DNA from: Candidatus Eremiobacteria bacterium
GTDB lineage: Bacteria; Vulcanimicrobiota; Vulcanimicrobiia; Vulcanimicrobiales; Vulcanimicrobiaceae
Direction: 5' to 3'
DNA length: 64,000 bases
NCBI GenBank assembly: GCA_963737065.1
Contig: CAVTRC010000001.1
Span: 2,080,001-2,144,000 of the forward strand
The translations under genes were made by a program, and so were the position numbers. Within the stretch, counting starts at the first letter, position 1. Every line of letters begins with the position of its first letter. Under the pieces are notes generated by a model, which had not been told where the DNA came from, searched no databases, and worked only from the letters and a program-made list of their open reading frames with translations. This document shows positions 1 through 8,827 of this stretch, one piece after another.

Positions 1-338
1 AACGTCGACGCGTGCATGGTCGGATATGTGCCGAGCGCGGAGGTCGCGAACGGGATGAATACGGTTCCGGCAAGCAGCAACAGATTCAAAAAGACCGTTG
101 TCCGGTCGATGCGTTCGATGAGGCGAAAGAGCGCGTGATGGTTCTGCCACATGATTCCGATGACGGCGAAACTCAGCCCATAGGCGACGACGTTCGGCCA
201 TAGCGCGAGCAGCGCAGCACGTAGTTGCGCTTCACTCGGGGGCAGCTTGAATACGGGCAAGGCGACACCGAGAATCAGCAGCGTGATTGCGAACGCAAAC
301 ACACCATCGGAGAAGGCTTCGAAGCGAGGTTTGTTCAT
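1..338 (-). CDS. TMEM175-family potassium channel (DUF1211), runs off the window start
   Basis: Manual translation from ATG 338: MNKPRFEAFSDGVFAFAITLL...WQNHH, matching the RxEAFSDGVFAIAITLL and WxxHH signature. Not in the ORF track because it is truncated. Confidence 0.9.
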   Translation of the reverse strand, partial: MNKPRFEAFSDGVFAFAITLLILGVALPVFKLPPSEAQLRAALLALWPNVVAYGLSFAVIGIMWQNHHALFRLIERIDRTTVFLNLLLLAGTVFIPFATSALGTYPTMHAST

Positions 339-408
339 CGGATGCCCGGCAATGTCACGGTAACCGCGGTGTTGCGCGGCTGCTATCATGGCCCCCTACC
401 GTATCAGT

Positions 409-624
409 ATGTTTGACGTCGGTCGTTCACTGCAACATGGCCTTGATGACGCGCAAAATCGCTTGCGGGAGTCGCAAGCCGCGGTCGCGGAGGCGAACGC
501 GGGTCGTCCGAGACGTTCCACTGATGCCGCTATGGCGGAAACGGCGCGGGCGGCAATCTTCAACGAGGCGTTACTTGGTGCATTGCACGCACGGCTTCAG
601 GAACTCAAGGCCGTCACGCGCTGA
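409..624 (+). CDS. Miniature FlgB-like proximal rod protein (71 aa)
   Basis: N-terminal helix MFDVGRSLQHGLD..QNR and C-terminal DAAMAETARAAIFNEALLGALHARLQELKAV resemble the FlgB terminal helices. Lies upstream of flgC-fliE-fliF. TACCGT-N6-ATG favours start 409 over 388. Confidence 0.55.
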   Translation: MFDVGRSLQHGLDDAQNRLRESQAAVAEANAGRPRRSTDAAMAETARAAIFNEALLGALHARLQELKAVTR

Positions 625-645
625 GCCGTAGAACGCTCGTGTCTT

Positions 646-1088
646 ATGGCGGCAACTGCAGGCGAGTGCGCCGGCGCGAGCGTCACAATCGAAGACTCCG
701 ATCTCGGGCGTTGGACGGCCGCCCGTTGGGCGCCGCCGCGGACATCGCCGTTATTCAATCTGATCGAACGGATCTGGTATTTCGACGGAGCGCTAGCGAA
801 TGCAAAAGAGCGCGTCTTCCCGGACGGTCGTTCGGAACTGATCGTCATGCTGGACGAGCCGCATCGCGACGGCGATACCGCGCTTCCCGGCCGTTTCCGA
901 TCGTGTGCATTAATGGCCTTCGCACGCGACCTTCGGCCGTGATTGCACCGCGCGGACCTTGCCGCGATCTCGGTATCTCGCTTGAAGTCGCGGGAGCGTG
1001 TGCGCTATCCGGGGTCGCCGAGCCTCGCCGAACCGTAACCATTTTTACAAGACACCTGGCCCGGGTTCGGTTTACGATCGGTTCATGA
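646..1088 (+). pseudogene. Truncated AraC-family regulator (DUF6597-like N-terminal domain only)
   Basis: IERIWYFDG...ERVFPDGRSELIV motif. Frameshift near 890 continues as PIVCINGLRTRP..GISL. No HTH follows. Directly upstream of a VOC gene, the usual context. Confidence 0.6.
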
Positions 1089-1486
1089 ATATGACGCAAA
1101 GGCAACCGCTTCAATCGATCTATCCAACCGTTCGCTACGACGACGCTCGCGGCGCAATCGACTGGCTCACGTCTTGTCTCGGCTTCAGCGAACAGGTCGT
1201 CTATCCGGGTGAAGGCGTGACGATCGCCCACGCACAGTTGGCGCTGGGCGGAAATCTCATCATGTTGGGCAGCACGAAAGACGACCGCTTCGGCGTTTAC
1301 ATTGCGCTCGATACTCCGGAGGAGGTCGATGCGCATTACGCGCGCGCGAAGGCAGCCGGTGCGCAGATCGTTCGGGATCTCTGCGACACCGAGTACGGAT
1401 CGCGTGAATTCGGCGTACGCGATCCCGAGGGCCACCTCTGGAGTTTCGGAACGTACCGTCCGCAGGCAGGCGAAACAACGCCGTAA
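1085..1486 (+). CDS. VOC/glyoxalase family protein
   Basis: YPTVRYDDARGAIDWL, HAQLALG, YGSREFGVRDPEGHLWSFG. Confidence 0.9.
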   Translation: MNMTQRQPLQSIYPTVRYDDARGAIDWLTSCLGFSEQVVYPGEGVTIAHAQLALGGNLIMLGSTKDDRFGVYIALDTPEEVDAHYARAKAAGAQIVRDLCDTEYGSREFGVRDPEGHLWSFGTYRPQAGETTP

Positions 1487-1531
1487 CGCCCGCGTCAATC
1501 GTCGCTCACGCCTGCTCCGTATCGTGACCGC

Positions 1532-1864
1532 ATGGATACGGATTTGCTGCAAACGGCCGCGAGCGGAATGGACGCGCAGCGCGCAGCGCTCGATGTCTAT
1601 GCGCGAAACGTTGCCGCCGCTGAAGCGGCCGGACGCGACGGGCACTTCGAGCGCCTCGTTCCTCAGTTCGAATTGCGCGATGACGACGACGGAACGACCG
1701 TCGAATTCACGGGTGCGCAAACGGATCGCGGAAAGAGCGTGGACATCGTGACCGAGATGATCGCGGTAATGAACGCGTCGCGCGCCTATGAAGCCGACGC
1801 ATCACTCTTCGACGTCGGCAAAACGCTGGCACAACGGACGATCGATATGGGGCGGCTGCAATGA
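1532..1864 (+). CDS. flgC: Shortened flagellar basal-body rod protein FlgC
   Basis: AASGMDAQR..LDV.ARNVA and VDIVTEMIAVMNASRAYEA. Lacks the central YDPxHPDA..GYV segment. Precedes fliE. Confidence 0.85.
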   Translation: MDTDLLQTAASGMDAQRAALDVYARNVAAAEAAGRDGHFERLVPQFELRDDDDGTTVEFTGAQTDRGKSVDIVTEMIAVMNASRAYEADASLFDVGKTLAQRTIDMGRLQ

Positions 1865-2127
1865 AGGTGGAATTGCTCCAGCCCGACGTTTCCCCGGCGC
1901 CCGCGGCAAGCGCAGCGAGCGGCTCCGCGTTTTCGCGAGCGTTGGACGGCGTCGGGGCGTTGCTCGACGGCGCCAACGCTGCAGAGGACGCTTTCGCGAA
2001 CCGGGTTGGGTCGTTGCAACGCGCGGTGTACGAACGCGCGCGCGCCGATGTCGCATTGTCTGTTGCAACGGCAGCCGCTCAGCGTAGCGCGCAGGCCCTC
2101 ACGTCGATCCTCAACATGCCGATTTGA
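1861..2127 (+). CDS. fliE: Flagellar hook-basal body protein FliE
   Basis: FSRAL...ERARADVALSVA...LTSILNMPI C-terminus. Lies between flgC and fliF with ATGA overlap. Confidence 0.8.
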   Translation: MKVELLQPDVSPAPAASAASGSAFSRALDGVGALLDGANAAEDAFANRVGSLQRAVYERARADVALSVATAAAQRSAQALTSILNMPI

Positions 2128-2129
2128 CC

Positions 2130-3599
2130 ATGTCGCTCGATTCATTTCTGGCTCGTGTCGCGTCGCTGCCCCAGCGGGTGAAGGCCGCCGCGATCGCGGT
2201 TGGCGCGTGTGCAATCGTCATCGGGATCGTCGTCGGCATTGTAGCGAACGCTCCGCGAACGCCGCTCTTCGCGCAGCCGCTGCATCCCGACCAGCTCGCG
2301 GAGGTCGAGGATCGTTTGGCACAGTGGAACGTCGCGTTCACGCCCAGCGGTGAAAATGTCGTCGTCGATGCCGGCCGCCGGAACGACATACTCTTGCGCT
2401 TGTCGCTTGCCGGTGTGCCGCACGCGCACGTTGCAACGACCGGCGAAGCGCTCGCGAACGTCGGTGTTCTGACCCCGCAAGCGGTCGTTGAGGCGCAAAC
2501 GCGCAGCGGCCTTGCCGGCGAAATCGAACTTGCGTTACGCAGCATCAACGGCGTGGACGAGGCGCGCGTCATCATTGCACCGGGTAAACTCGCGCAATTT
2601 GCTGACCAAGGTTCAGCCGATGCCTCGGCGAGCGTGCGCCTTCAACTGCATCCTGGCGTTCGTCTCTCGCGCGCGTCGATCGCCGGAATTCGCTCGTTTG
2701 TCGCAGCCAGCGTTACGGGCCTCGATCCGTCTCATGTCACGATTCTCGACGATCGCGGCGTCGCGCTGAGCGCGGACGCCGGTACTATCGATGACGGAAG
2801 CGTGCTCCAGACATCGCTACAAACGGCGCTCGATGACGCGCTCGGGGCCGGTGTCGCAATTGTCCGTGTCCACGCTGAATATGCCTCGGCGGAAAACGAA
2901 CAACGTGACGTGCGGCGTACTCCGCTCGGCAACACGCCGATTCAGCGCGACTCGGCGTCCGAATCGTTCGACGGTCAAGGCCGGCGGTACGAGAAGAACG
3001 ACGAGCACGACGATCGCGGAAGCGACGTGCATGAAACCGTCTCGCGCCTGCCGCGCGGTTCACTCGCGCGGATCACCACCGCTGTCTTCGTCGACGCGCA
3101 AAACAGCGTTCCCGTTGAAACGGTGAGCGCACTTTCCGCGGCGACCGTCGGGTACGATCCGCGGCGCGGCGATACGCTCACCGTTGAAGCGGTGAACTTC
3201 CATCACGCGCGCTCGCAGCCCCACGATATCTGGTTTCTGCTCTACGGCGCGCTCGTACCGTTGCTTCCGACGCTCGCGATCGTACTGGGTGTTCTCGTCG
3301 CGGGCCGGCACGCAGCGCCGCACGTTGCATCGATGACCAAGCGATATTTCGAACGTACCTCGCTTGCGCGCATCTCCTCGCGCGCGGCAGGCGTTGAACC
3401 GGCGCAACTCCGCGGCGCGCTTGTCAACGAACCGCCGCATGCTGCCGCCGCGATCATCAGTGCGTTGCCCGCTGCGACGGCGGCGGCCGTGCTCGAACTC
3501 TATCCGCCGCACGAGCGAGAAGCGATCGTGCGACGCATGCAGCGCGCGCATTCGCCGCTCGTTCCGGATGCATCCGAGATCCTCGGGCGCCATGCTTGA
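2130..3599 (+). CDS. fliF: FliF MS-ring protein with C-terminal FliG middle-domain-like extension
   Basis: TM helix, then ring-building motifs LAGEIELALRSINGVDEARVII, ASASV, FVAASVTGL.PSHVTILDDRG, VGYDPRRGDTLTV, a second TM, then EPPHAAAAIISALP..AAAVLELYP..EREAIVRRM. An alternative TTG start lies at 2124. Confidence 0.85.
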   Translation: MSLDSFLARVASLPQRVKAAAIAVGACAIVIGIVVGIVANAPRTPLFAQPLHPDQLAEVEDRLAQWNVAFTPSGENVVVDAGRRNDILLRLSLAGVPHAHVATTGEALANVGVLTPQAVVEAQTRSGLAGEIELALRSINGVDEARVIIAPGKLAQFADQGSADASASVRLQLHPGVRLSRASIAGIRSFVAASVTGLDPSHVTILDDRGVALSADAGTIDDGSVLQTSLQTALDDALGAGVAIVRVHAEYASAENEQRDVRRTPLGNTPIQRDSASESFDGQGRRYEKNDEHDDRGSDVHETVSRLPRGSLARITTAVFVDAQNSVPVETVSALSAATVGYDPRRGDTLTVEAVNFHHARSQPHDIWFLLYGALVPLLPTLAIVLGVLVAGRHAAPHVASMTKRYFERTSLARISSRAAGVEPAQLRGALVNEPPHAAAAIISALPAATAAAVLELYPPHEREAIVRRMQRAHSPLVPDASEILGRHA

Positions 3600-4086
3600 T
3601 CGATTTCTATCCATGCGTGAGTGGCTTGCGCGCGACGGCGAATCGCCGGCTGCCTCGGCCGACGTCGAAACGTACGAAGAACCGGCGGTTGAATCGGAAG
3701 CGTCGCCGGCGCACGCCGCAGACGACGAGATCGACGTGGCGATTGCCGAGGCCCGGCGTTTTCGTGCGTCGCTTGCCGATGCGCTCGCGATGCGAGTCGA
3801 CGAACTGATGCGCGATATCGCAAGCGAAGTGCTCGCACGCGAACTCGAGCTCGCGCCTTGCGATGTAGCGCGCATCGTTGAGCGCGCGGTGCAACGATAC
3901 GGCACCGAACCCGTATGCATTCGCGCCAATCCAACCGACGCAAACGTACTCCGGCGCAGCGATACGATCGTGATCGCGGACGATAGCTTGCGCGGCGGTG
4001 ACGTAGTTCTCGAAGTGCGATACGGCAGCATCGATGCCACGCTCGGCGTCCGGCTCGAACGCGTGCTCGGGGCGCGTACGCAATGA
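3592..4086 (+). CDS. fliH: FliH/SctL-like ATPase stator/regulator
   Basis: IRANPTD, IADDSLRGGDVVLEVRYGSIDATL are the FliH C-terminal domain pattern. Lies between fliF and fliI. Confidence 0.8.
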   Translation: MLDRFLSMREWLARDGESPAASADVETYEEPAVESEASPAHAADDEIDVAIAEARRFRASLADALAMRVDELMRDIASEVLARELELAPCDVARIVERAVQRYGTEPVCIRANPTDANVLRRSDTIVIADDSLRGGDVVLEVRYGSIDATLGVRLERVLGARTQ

Positions 4087-5330
4087 TCGCGCGGGGAACG
4101 GTCCGCAACGTGCGGCGCGGCTGCCTCGACGTTGCGATCGCGCCGCTCGCTGCCGGAACGGCGGTACGCATTGCGTTACGCGACGGTTGGAAGCGCGGCA
4201 CGGTAACGTCGAGCGAAAACGGCTTGGTAAGGGTCGCGCTCATCGGAAGCACGGACGGCGTCGTGCCGGGCGCACGCGCGGAAGAGGATCGCACGGGTCA
4301 GACGCTCGTCCTGGGAACGGCGGCGCTCGGGCGCGCGATCGACGCGTTCGGAAGACCGGTTGACGTTGGTGCGTCGCTGTGCGGCGTGCGCGTTCGCATT
4401 CCGGCAGCGCGCGTGCCACCACCGGATCGCATCGCGGTCGATGCGCCGCTTTGGACGGGCGTTCGCGTGATCGACGCGCTGCTGACGATCGGCCGCGGAG
4501 CGCGCATCGGACTCTTCGGTTCACCGGGCGCAGGCAAGAGTACGTTGCTCGAAACGATCGTTGAAGGCGTCCGTTGCGACGCGGTGGTCGTTGCGCTCGT
4601 CGGCGAACGCGGACGCGAAGCAGAACGATGGATCGCGCGGCGCAGCGCGCGCACAACGGTTGTCTGCGCGACGAGCGATTGCCCCGCGCGCGAACGCGTC
4701 GCTGCGGCGCACACCGCGCTCGCACAGGCGCGCGCGCTCGCGCAACGGGGGTTGCACGTACTCGTGATTCTCGATAGCCTCGCTCGCGTGGCGTACGCGT
4801 TGCGCGAAGACCGCGCCGACGAGCCGGCCGGGCGTGCGGGCTATCCGCCGAGCGTCTTTGCAGATCTTGCGCAACTCGTCGAGTGCGCAGGTGCCTTCAC
4901 GCGCGGTTCCGTTTCGCTACTCGCGACCGTCTTGAACGACGGCGAGGAGCGTGACCCGGTGAGTGAAGCGGCGCGCTCGCTGCTCGACGGGCACATCGAG
5001 CTCTCGTCGAAACTCGCGCAAGCGGGGCGGTTTCCAGCCGTCGACGTGCCGGCGAGCGCGAGCCGGACGATGGCCGCCGTTACGACGCCCGAACATCAAC
5101 GCGCTGCAACGAGGGTTCGGGCGGCATTGGCAGCGTTGCGCGACAGTGAAGATCTGCGCTCGCTCGGGATTGACGTGCGTGAGCCGCTCGCCGTCGCCGC
5201 GGTCGCCCAGCAACGCAAATTGGAGGCGCTGCTGCGCCAGGGACGGTCGCCCTGCCCTCCGCGACAGACCCTAACCCTCCTCTTCGAAATCGCCGATACC
5301 TTGGGAGAGCCCGATGAATATCACGTCTGA
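4083..5330 (+). CDS. fliI: FliI/SctN type III export ATPase
   Basis: Walker A GSPGAGKST, VGERGRE, ATSD, Walker B VLVILDS, GYPPSVF, LDGHIELS, FPAVDV..SASR. Confidence 0.93.
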   Translation: MIARGTVRNVRRGCLDVAIAPLAAGTAVRIALRDGWKRGTVTSSENGLVRVALIGSTDGVVPGARAEEDRTGQTLVLGTAALGRAIDAFGRPVDVGASLCGVRVRIPAARVPPPDRIAVDAPLWTGVRVIDALLTIGRGARIGLFGSPGAGKSTLLETIVEGVRCDAVVVALVGERGREAERWIARRSARTTVVCATSDCPARERVAAAHTALAQARALAQRGLHVLVILDSLARVAYALREDRADEPAGRAGYPPSVFADLAQLVECAGAFTRGSVSLLATVLNDGEERDPVSEAARSLLDGHIELSSKLAQAGRFPAVDVPASASRTMAAVTTPEHQRAATRVRAALAALRDSEDLRSLGIDVREPLAVAAVAQQRKLEALLRQGRSPCPPRQTLTLLFEIADTLGEPDEYHV

Positions 5331-5940
5331 TCTTGCCGCGGTCGAGCAGCGCATCACGCAAATCACCGGATCGACCGTCGAACTGCCCGGCTTCTCGCAC
5401 GCGCAGGATGAATCCGCATCCTTTAGCGACATGGTGCGTGCGCAGCTTTCCGCGCAAAACGGGCAGCAAGGCGATGGCAATGATATCGCCGGCACCGCGC
5501 CCGGCGCCCCGCTTGGGATGAGCCCACCGGCAATCGTTCCTCCCGCGCAAATCGACCGGCTCGTGCACTCGAACGCATCCCAGTGGAACGTGGATCCCGC
5601 GCTTGTAAAGGCAATCATTGCAAACGAGTCCGGATTTAACGTGAATGCGACATCGAATGTCGGTGCGCAAGGGCTCATGCAGCTGATGCCCGGCACGGCA
5701 GCCGGTCTCGGTGTCACAAATGCGTACGATCCTGCGCAGAACGTGTGGGGAGGCACTCGGTACATCAAGGGACTGCTCGACCGATTTAACGGCGACGTGC
5801 GAAAAGCGGTCGCAGCCTACAATGCGGGACCGGGTGCAGTAGAGAAATACGGTGGCGTACCTCCGTATGCCGAAACGCAAAACTACGTCGAAAACGTTCT
5901 CGCCAGTTACGAAAAGTACCGCAGCCCGAACACTCCGTAG
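5314..5940 (+). CDS. Lytic transglycosylase (SLT domain)
   Basis: AIIANESGFN (catalytic Glu), GAQGLMQLMP, AYNAGPG, ETQNYV. No obvious Sec signal. Confidence 0.93.
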   Translation: MNITSDLAAVEQRITQITGSTVELPGFSHAQDESASFSDMVRAQLSAQNGQQGDGNDIAGTAPGAPLGMSPPAIVPPAQIDRLVHSNASQWNVDPALVKAIIANESGFNVNATSNVGAQGLMQLMPGTAAGLGVTNAYDPAQNVWGGTRYIKGLLDRFNGDVRKAVAAYNAGPGAVEKYGGVPPYAETQNYVENVLASYEKYRSPNTP

Positions 5941-5956
5941 TGTCTTGCTTGCGGCG

Positions 5957-7513
5957 ATGGGTTGCGCGCTGGTCGCGCAAACCGCACCGTCGCATCCTTC
6001 CGTCGAAACGATTCTCAAGAACCACGCCGCCGCGCTTTCCGCGATGCGTTTGCGCGTACCGCAGACGCATGAAACGCAAGGCAGCATCGAAGGTCTCGGG
6101 TTGCAAGGAACCTTCCACGAATGGCAGGCGGGAAACAAACAACGTCGAGACGAGCGTCTCGGCTTTCGCGTGCAGCGCGAGCTGCGGGTCGGCGACAATC
6201 TCTGGATCGAGAACACCAGCGGCGAGATTCGCGAACTGCACGGCTTGCTCGCGCGCCGGCAATTGACGGATGATTTCATCGACACCGGCGTCTTCGCGAA
6301 GCATCCGGAGAGTGCGCGCTATATCGAGCGCGCAACGCTTCCGGACGGGCGGGTCGTTTACCGCTTGTCCATTGCGCCCCCGCAGGGCGAGCGGTTCGTC
6401 ATCGGGATTGATGCGAAGACGTGGCTCATCGACCAGAAGTCGTACATTGAAAACGATGCGCCTCAGGTGTCGACGTATTCCGACTACCACGTCGTCGACG
6501 GCCTGTTGATTCCGTACACCGAGGTTGATTCGACCGGCGATACAAAATTCGACGTGACGTCACACGTCACGAACGTAATGGTCAATCAGCCCATCGCCGA
6601 TTCGATCTTTGCGCCGCTTGCGCCTGAAGCGGTCGGAGCCGATACACCGGTGCGCGTGCCGCTTGAGATTCATAACGGTCTGCCGATGGTCAAGGTCACG
6701 ATCTCCGGACACACGTACCGGTTCCTGATCGATTCGGGCTCGCAAGGCAACGTGTTGGATCCGCACGTCTCGAAAGAACTCGGCTTGCATCCGGAGGGAA
6801 CGCTCGAGATTCGGGGAGCCGAACGGACGCCGAGCCTCGGGGTCGTTGAAACACCGCCGATGGAAGTGGGCGGCATGCAATTGCCGTCGCGGATTGCGAC
6901 GGTCCTCGACCTGAGCAAAATTCTACGCGGGCCATATCCGCTCGACGGCGTGCTAGGCTATCCGTTCTTCGCGGCGGCGGAAATCCGCTTCGATCCGGAC
7001 ACCAATGAATTGATCGTTGCCAAGCCCGGATTGCTGCCCGTGCTCGGCGAGAAGCTCCAGGTCGATACGGATCGCGAGCTCGTCGAGGTTGAGGCCACGA
7101 TCGACGGAACCGCGAAGACGCGGCTGCTCGTCGATACGGGAAACTCGAACGAATTATTGCTTTTCCAAAGTTTCATCAACGCACATCAAGGCCTCATTAT
7201 GTTCGCGGGAAACCCTTCGGTCGCAAACCGGGGCGCAGGCGGTTCCGCGCCGGCTGTGACGGCGATGGTCGACGAACTGCAAATCGGCAGCCAGCGTCTC
7301 TTCAATCGCTACACGGACGTTATTCTTGCAAGCGCTGGTGCGTTCGCCGACCGCAACGACGGCGGTAACGTCGGATATGGCGTGCTGCACAACTTCGTTG
7401 CGACGTTCGACCTTGCAGACCGTTCGATCTACTTACAAAAAGCGAGAAATTTCGATGATGGCCGCTTTCGTCAACGGACCGAGAGCGGCCAAATCTTGCC
7501 GTGGCGTTCATAA
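5957..7513 (+). CDS. Secreted aspartyl protease with two retropepsin-like domains
   Basis: FLIDSGSQ and LLVDTGNS motifs, each followed by a DGVLG or GGNVG motif. Hydrophobic N-terminus. Exact start uncertain (5852-5957). Confidence 0.8.
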   Translation: MGCALVAQTAPSHPSVETILKNHAAALSAMRLRVPQTHETQGSIEGLGLQGTFHEWQAGNKQRRDERLGFRVQRELRVGDNLWIENTSGEIRELHGLLARRQLTDDFIDTGVFAKHPESARYIERATLPDGRVVYRLSIAPPQGERFVIGIDAKTWLIDQKSYIENDAPQVSTYSDYHVVDGLLIPYTEVDSTGDTKFDVTSHVTNVMVNQPIADSIFAPLAPEAVGADTPVRVPLEIHNGLPMVKVTISGHTYRFLIDSGSQGNVLDPHVSKELGLHPEGTLEIRGAERTPSLGVVETPPMEVGGMQLPSRIATVLDLSKILRGPYPLDGVLGYPFFAAAEIRFDPDTNELIVAKPGLLPVLGEKLQVDTDRELVEVEATIDGTAKTRLLVDTGNSNELLLFQSFINAHQGLIMFAGNPSVANRGAGGSAPAVTAMVDELQIGSQRLFNRYTDVILASAGAFADRNDGGNVGYGVLHNFVATFDLADRSIYLQKARNFDDGRFRQRTESGQILPWRS

Positions 7514-7525
7514 CATCGTAACGGC

Positions 7526-7560
7526 ATGATGATTGCGCGGTGATGCACCGCGCGCATCAT
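7526..7560 (+). promoter_or_regulatory. Imperfect palindrome overlapping putative -10 of the fliK-like gene
   Basis: GCGCGGTG-ATG-CACCGCGC core (7535-7553) plus outer ATGATG/CATCAT arms. CATCAT lies 6 nt before ATG 7567. Confidence 0.45.
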
Positions 7561-7566
7561 CGGCCA

Positions 7567-8100
7567 ATGATGACGCAGCAACTCGGATTCAGCGTTCTGA
7601 CCGCGCCGATCGCCGCAATCGATCGCCGCGCGCTTTCGCAAGCTTGGTATTCAGCGCTCCATCTCGCGCAGCAATCACCAAAGGCCGAAACGTCGCCAGT
7701 GTACGCGACGGTCGCACGACGCGAGCCGCGTGATGCCCACGTTCTCGCCGGCCGGCGCAGCCGCGCGGTTCGGAGTGCACCTTCACCTCACGTATATCGC
7801 GAGAAAACGTCCGATCGCCGGGACGCGGTGGCCATCGAGCGGCGGTCATTGCGCTCACCGCTTGCGCGCAAAATCGAACGCGCGTTTTTGCGCCCGAACG
7901 TTCCCGCCACGCGCGCTGCGTTTACGATCGACGGAACGTCCGCACGCGTCCACGTTACGATGCAGCGAACGCGCTCGGGATTGCAACTCGTCGCCGTCTG
8001 TCCGCCGCATGCGCGCCCGCGCGTTGCGCGAGCACTCGAACAGGCGCGGTACGCGCTCGCCGAACGCGGAATCGCTGTCGACGCGCGGGTCGCGGAGTAA
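7567..8100 (+). CDS. Short FliK/SctP-like protein (C-terminal substrate-switch domain)
   Basis: C-terminus ARVHVTMQRTRSGLQLVAVC...RVARALEQARYALAERGIAV fits the FliK C-domain pattern. Low-complexity middle region. Lies upstream of a rod/hook-like gene. Confidence 0.45.
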   Translation: MMTQQLGFSVLTAPIAAIDRRALSQAWYSALHLAQQSPKAETSPVYATVARREPRDAHVLAGRRSRAVRSAPSPHVYREKTSDRRDAVAIERRSLRSPLARKIERAFLRPNVPATRAAFTIDGTSARVHVTMQRTRSGLQLVAVCPPHARPRVARALEQARYALAERGIAVDARVAE

Positions 8101-8104
8101 GCCG

Positions 8105-8827
8105 ATGTTCGTCAACTCCGCAACTGAACGCTCCTTAGACTTGATCTCCCAGCGCGCGGCGGACGTGTATAAAGCGTTTATTCCGGGCGCGCTACCCGAG
8201 CGCAGCGACGTCGAGACGAACGCGCCGCAGTCGCGCGTGGTATTCGATCCGCTTGCCGTCAGTGCACCGGGCGATGACTATTTCGTGACGTCCGACGAAC
8301 GCGGGCGAACGACGTATACGCGTGACGGTCAAATGCAGCTCGTGAACGGAACGCTGCTCGGAGCCAACGGGCGGCCGATGCTCGGATACACCGCGGACGG
8401 CGAGACCGCTTCGGAGTTGAAGGTCGATCCCGTGGACGAGGCACTCGGACGCATTCGCAACATGCGTGTCGAGGTGAATGGCAGCGTCGTATACGACCGC
8501 CGCACGGTCGATCCGCGCAGTGGGTATATGCAGGTTCAGCGCGTGCCCATCGGACGGCTTGCGCTTGCGCGTTTTCCGGCCGCAACGAAGTTCACGAATG
8601 CGGTCGATGGCACGGTTACGCCGCCGCCGGGTGTTGCGCCGCATCTCGGACGTGCCACCGACGGAAATTTCGGCGCGCTCGCGCCAATGCGGCGCGATGA
8701 AAGCCGCGTCGATCTCAACCGCAGCCTGGATCGGCTTCACGACGCGTACGTTGCGTTCGATGCGCTGGAAGCAGTACATAAGGCGCAAGGTCAAACCGGT
8801 AAAGTCGCAATGGATCTGCTGAAGTGA
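8105..8827 (+). CDS. Divergent FlgG/FlgF/FlgE-family rod protein (240 aa)
   Basis: DPLAVSAPGDDYFV, YTRDGQMQLVNGTLLGANGRPMLG, IGRLALARF, ESRVDL C-terminal helix. Confidence 0.75.
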   Translation: MFVNSATERSLDLISQRAADVYKAFIPGALPERSDVETNAPQSRVVFDPLAVSAPGDDYFVTSDERGRTTYTRDGQMQLVNGTLLGANGRPMLGYTADGETASELKVDPVDEALGRIRNMRVEVNGSVVYDRRTVDPRSGYMQVQRVPIGRLALARFPAATKFTNAVDGTVTPPPGVAPHLGRATDGNFGALAPMRRDESRVDLNRSLDRLHDAYVAFDALEAVHKAQGQTGKVAMDLLK

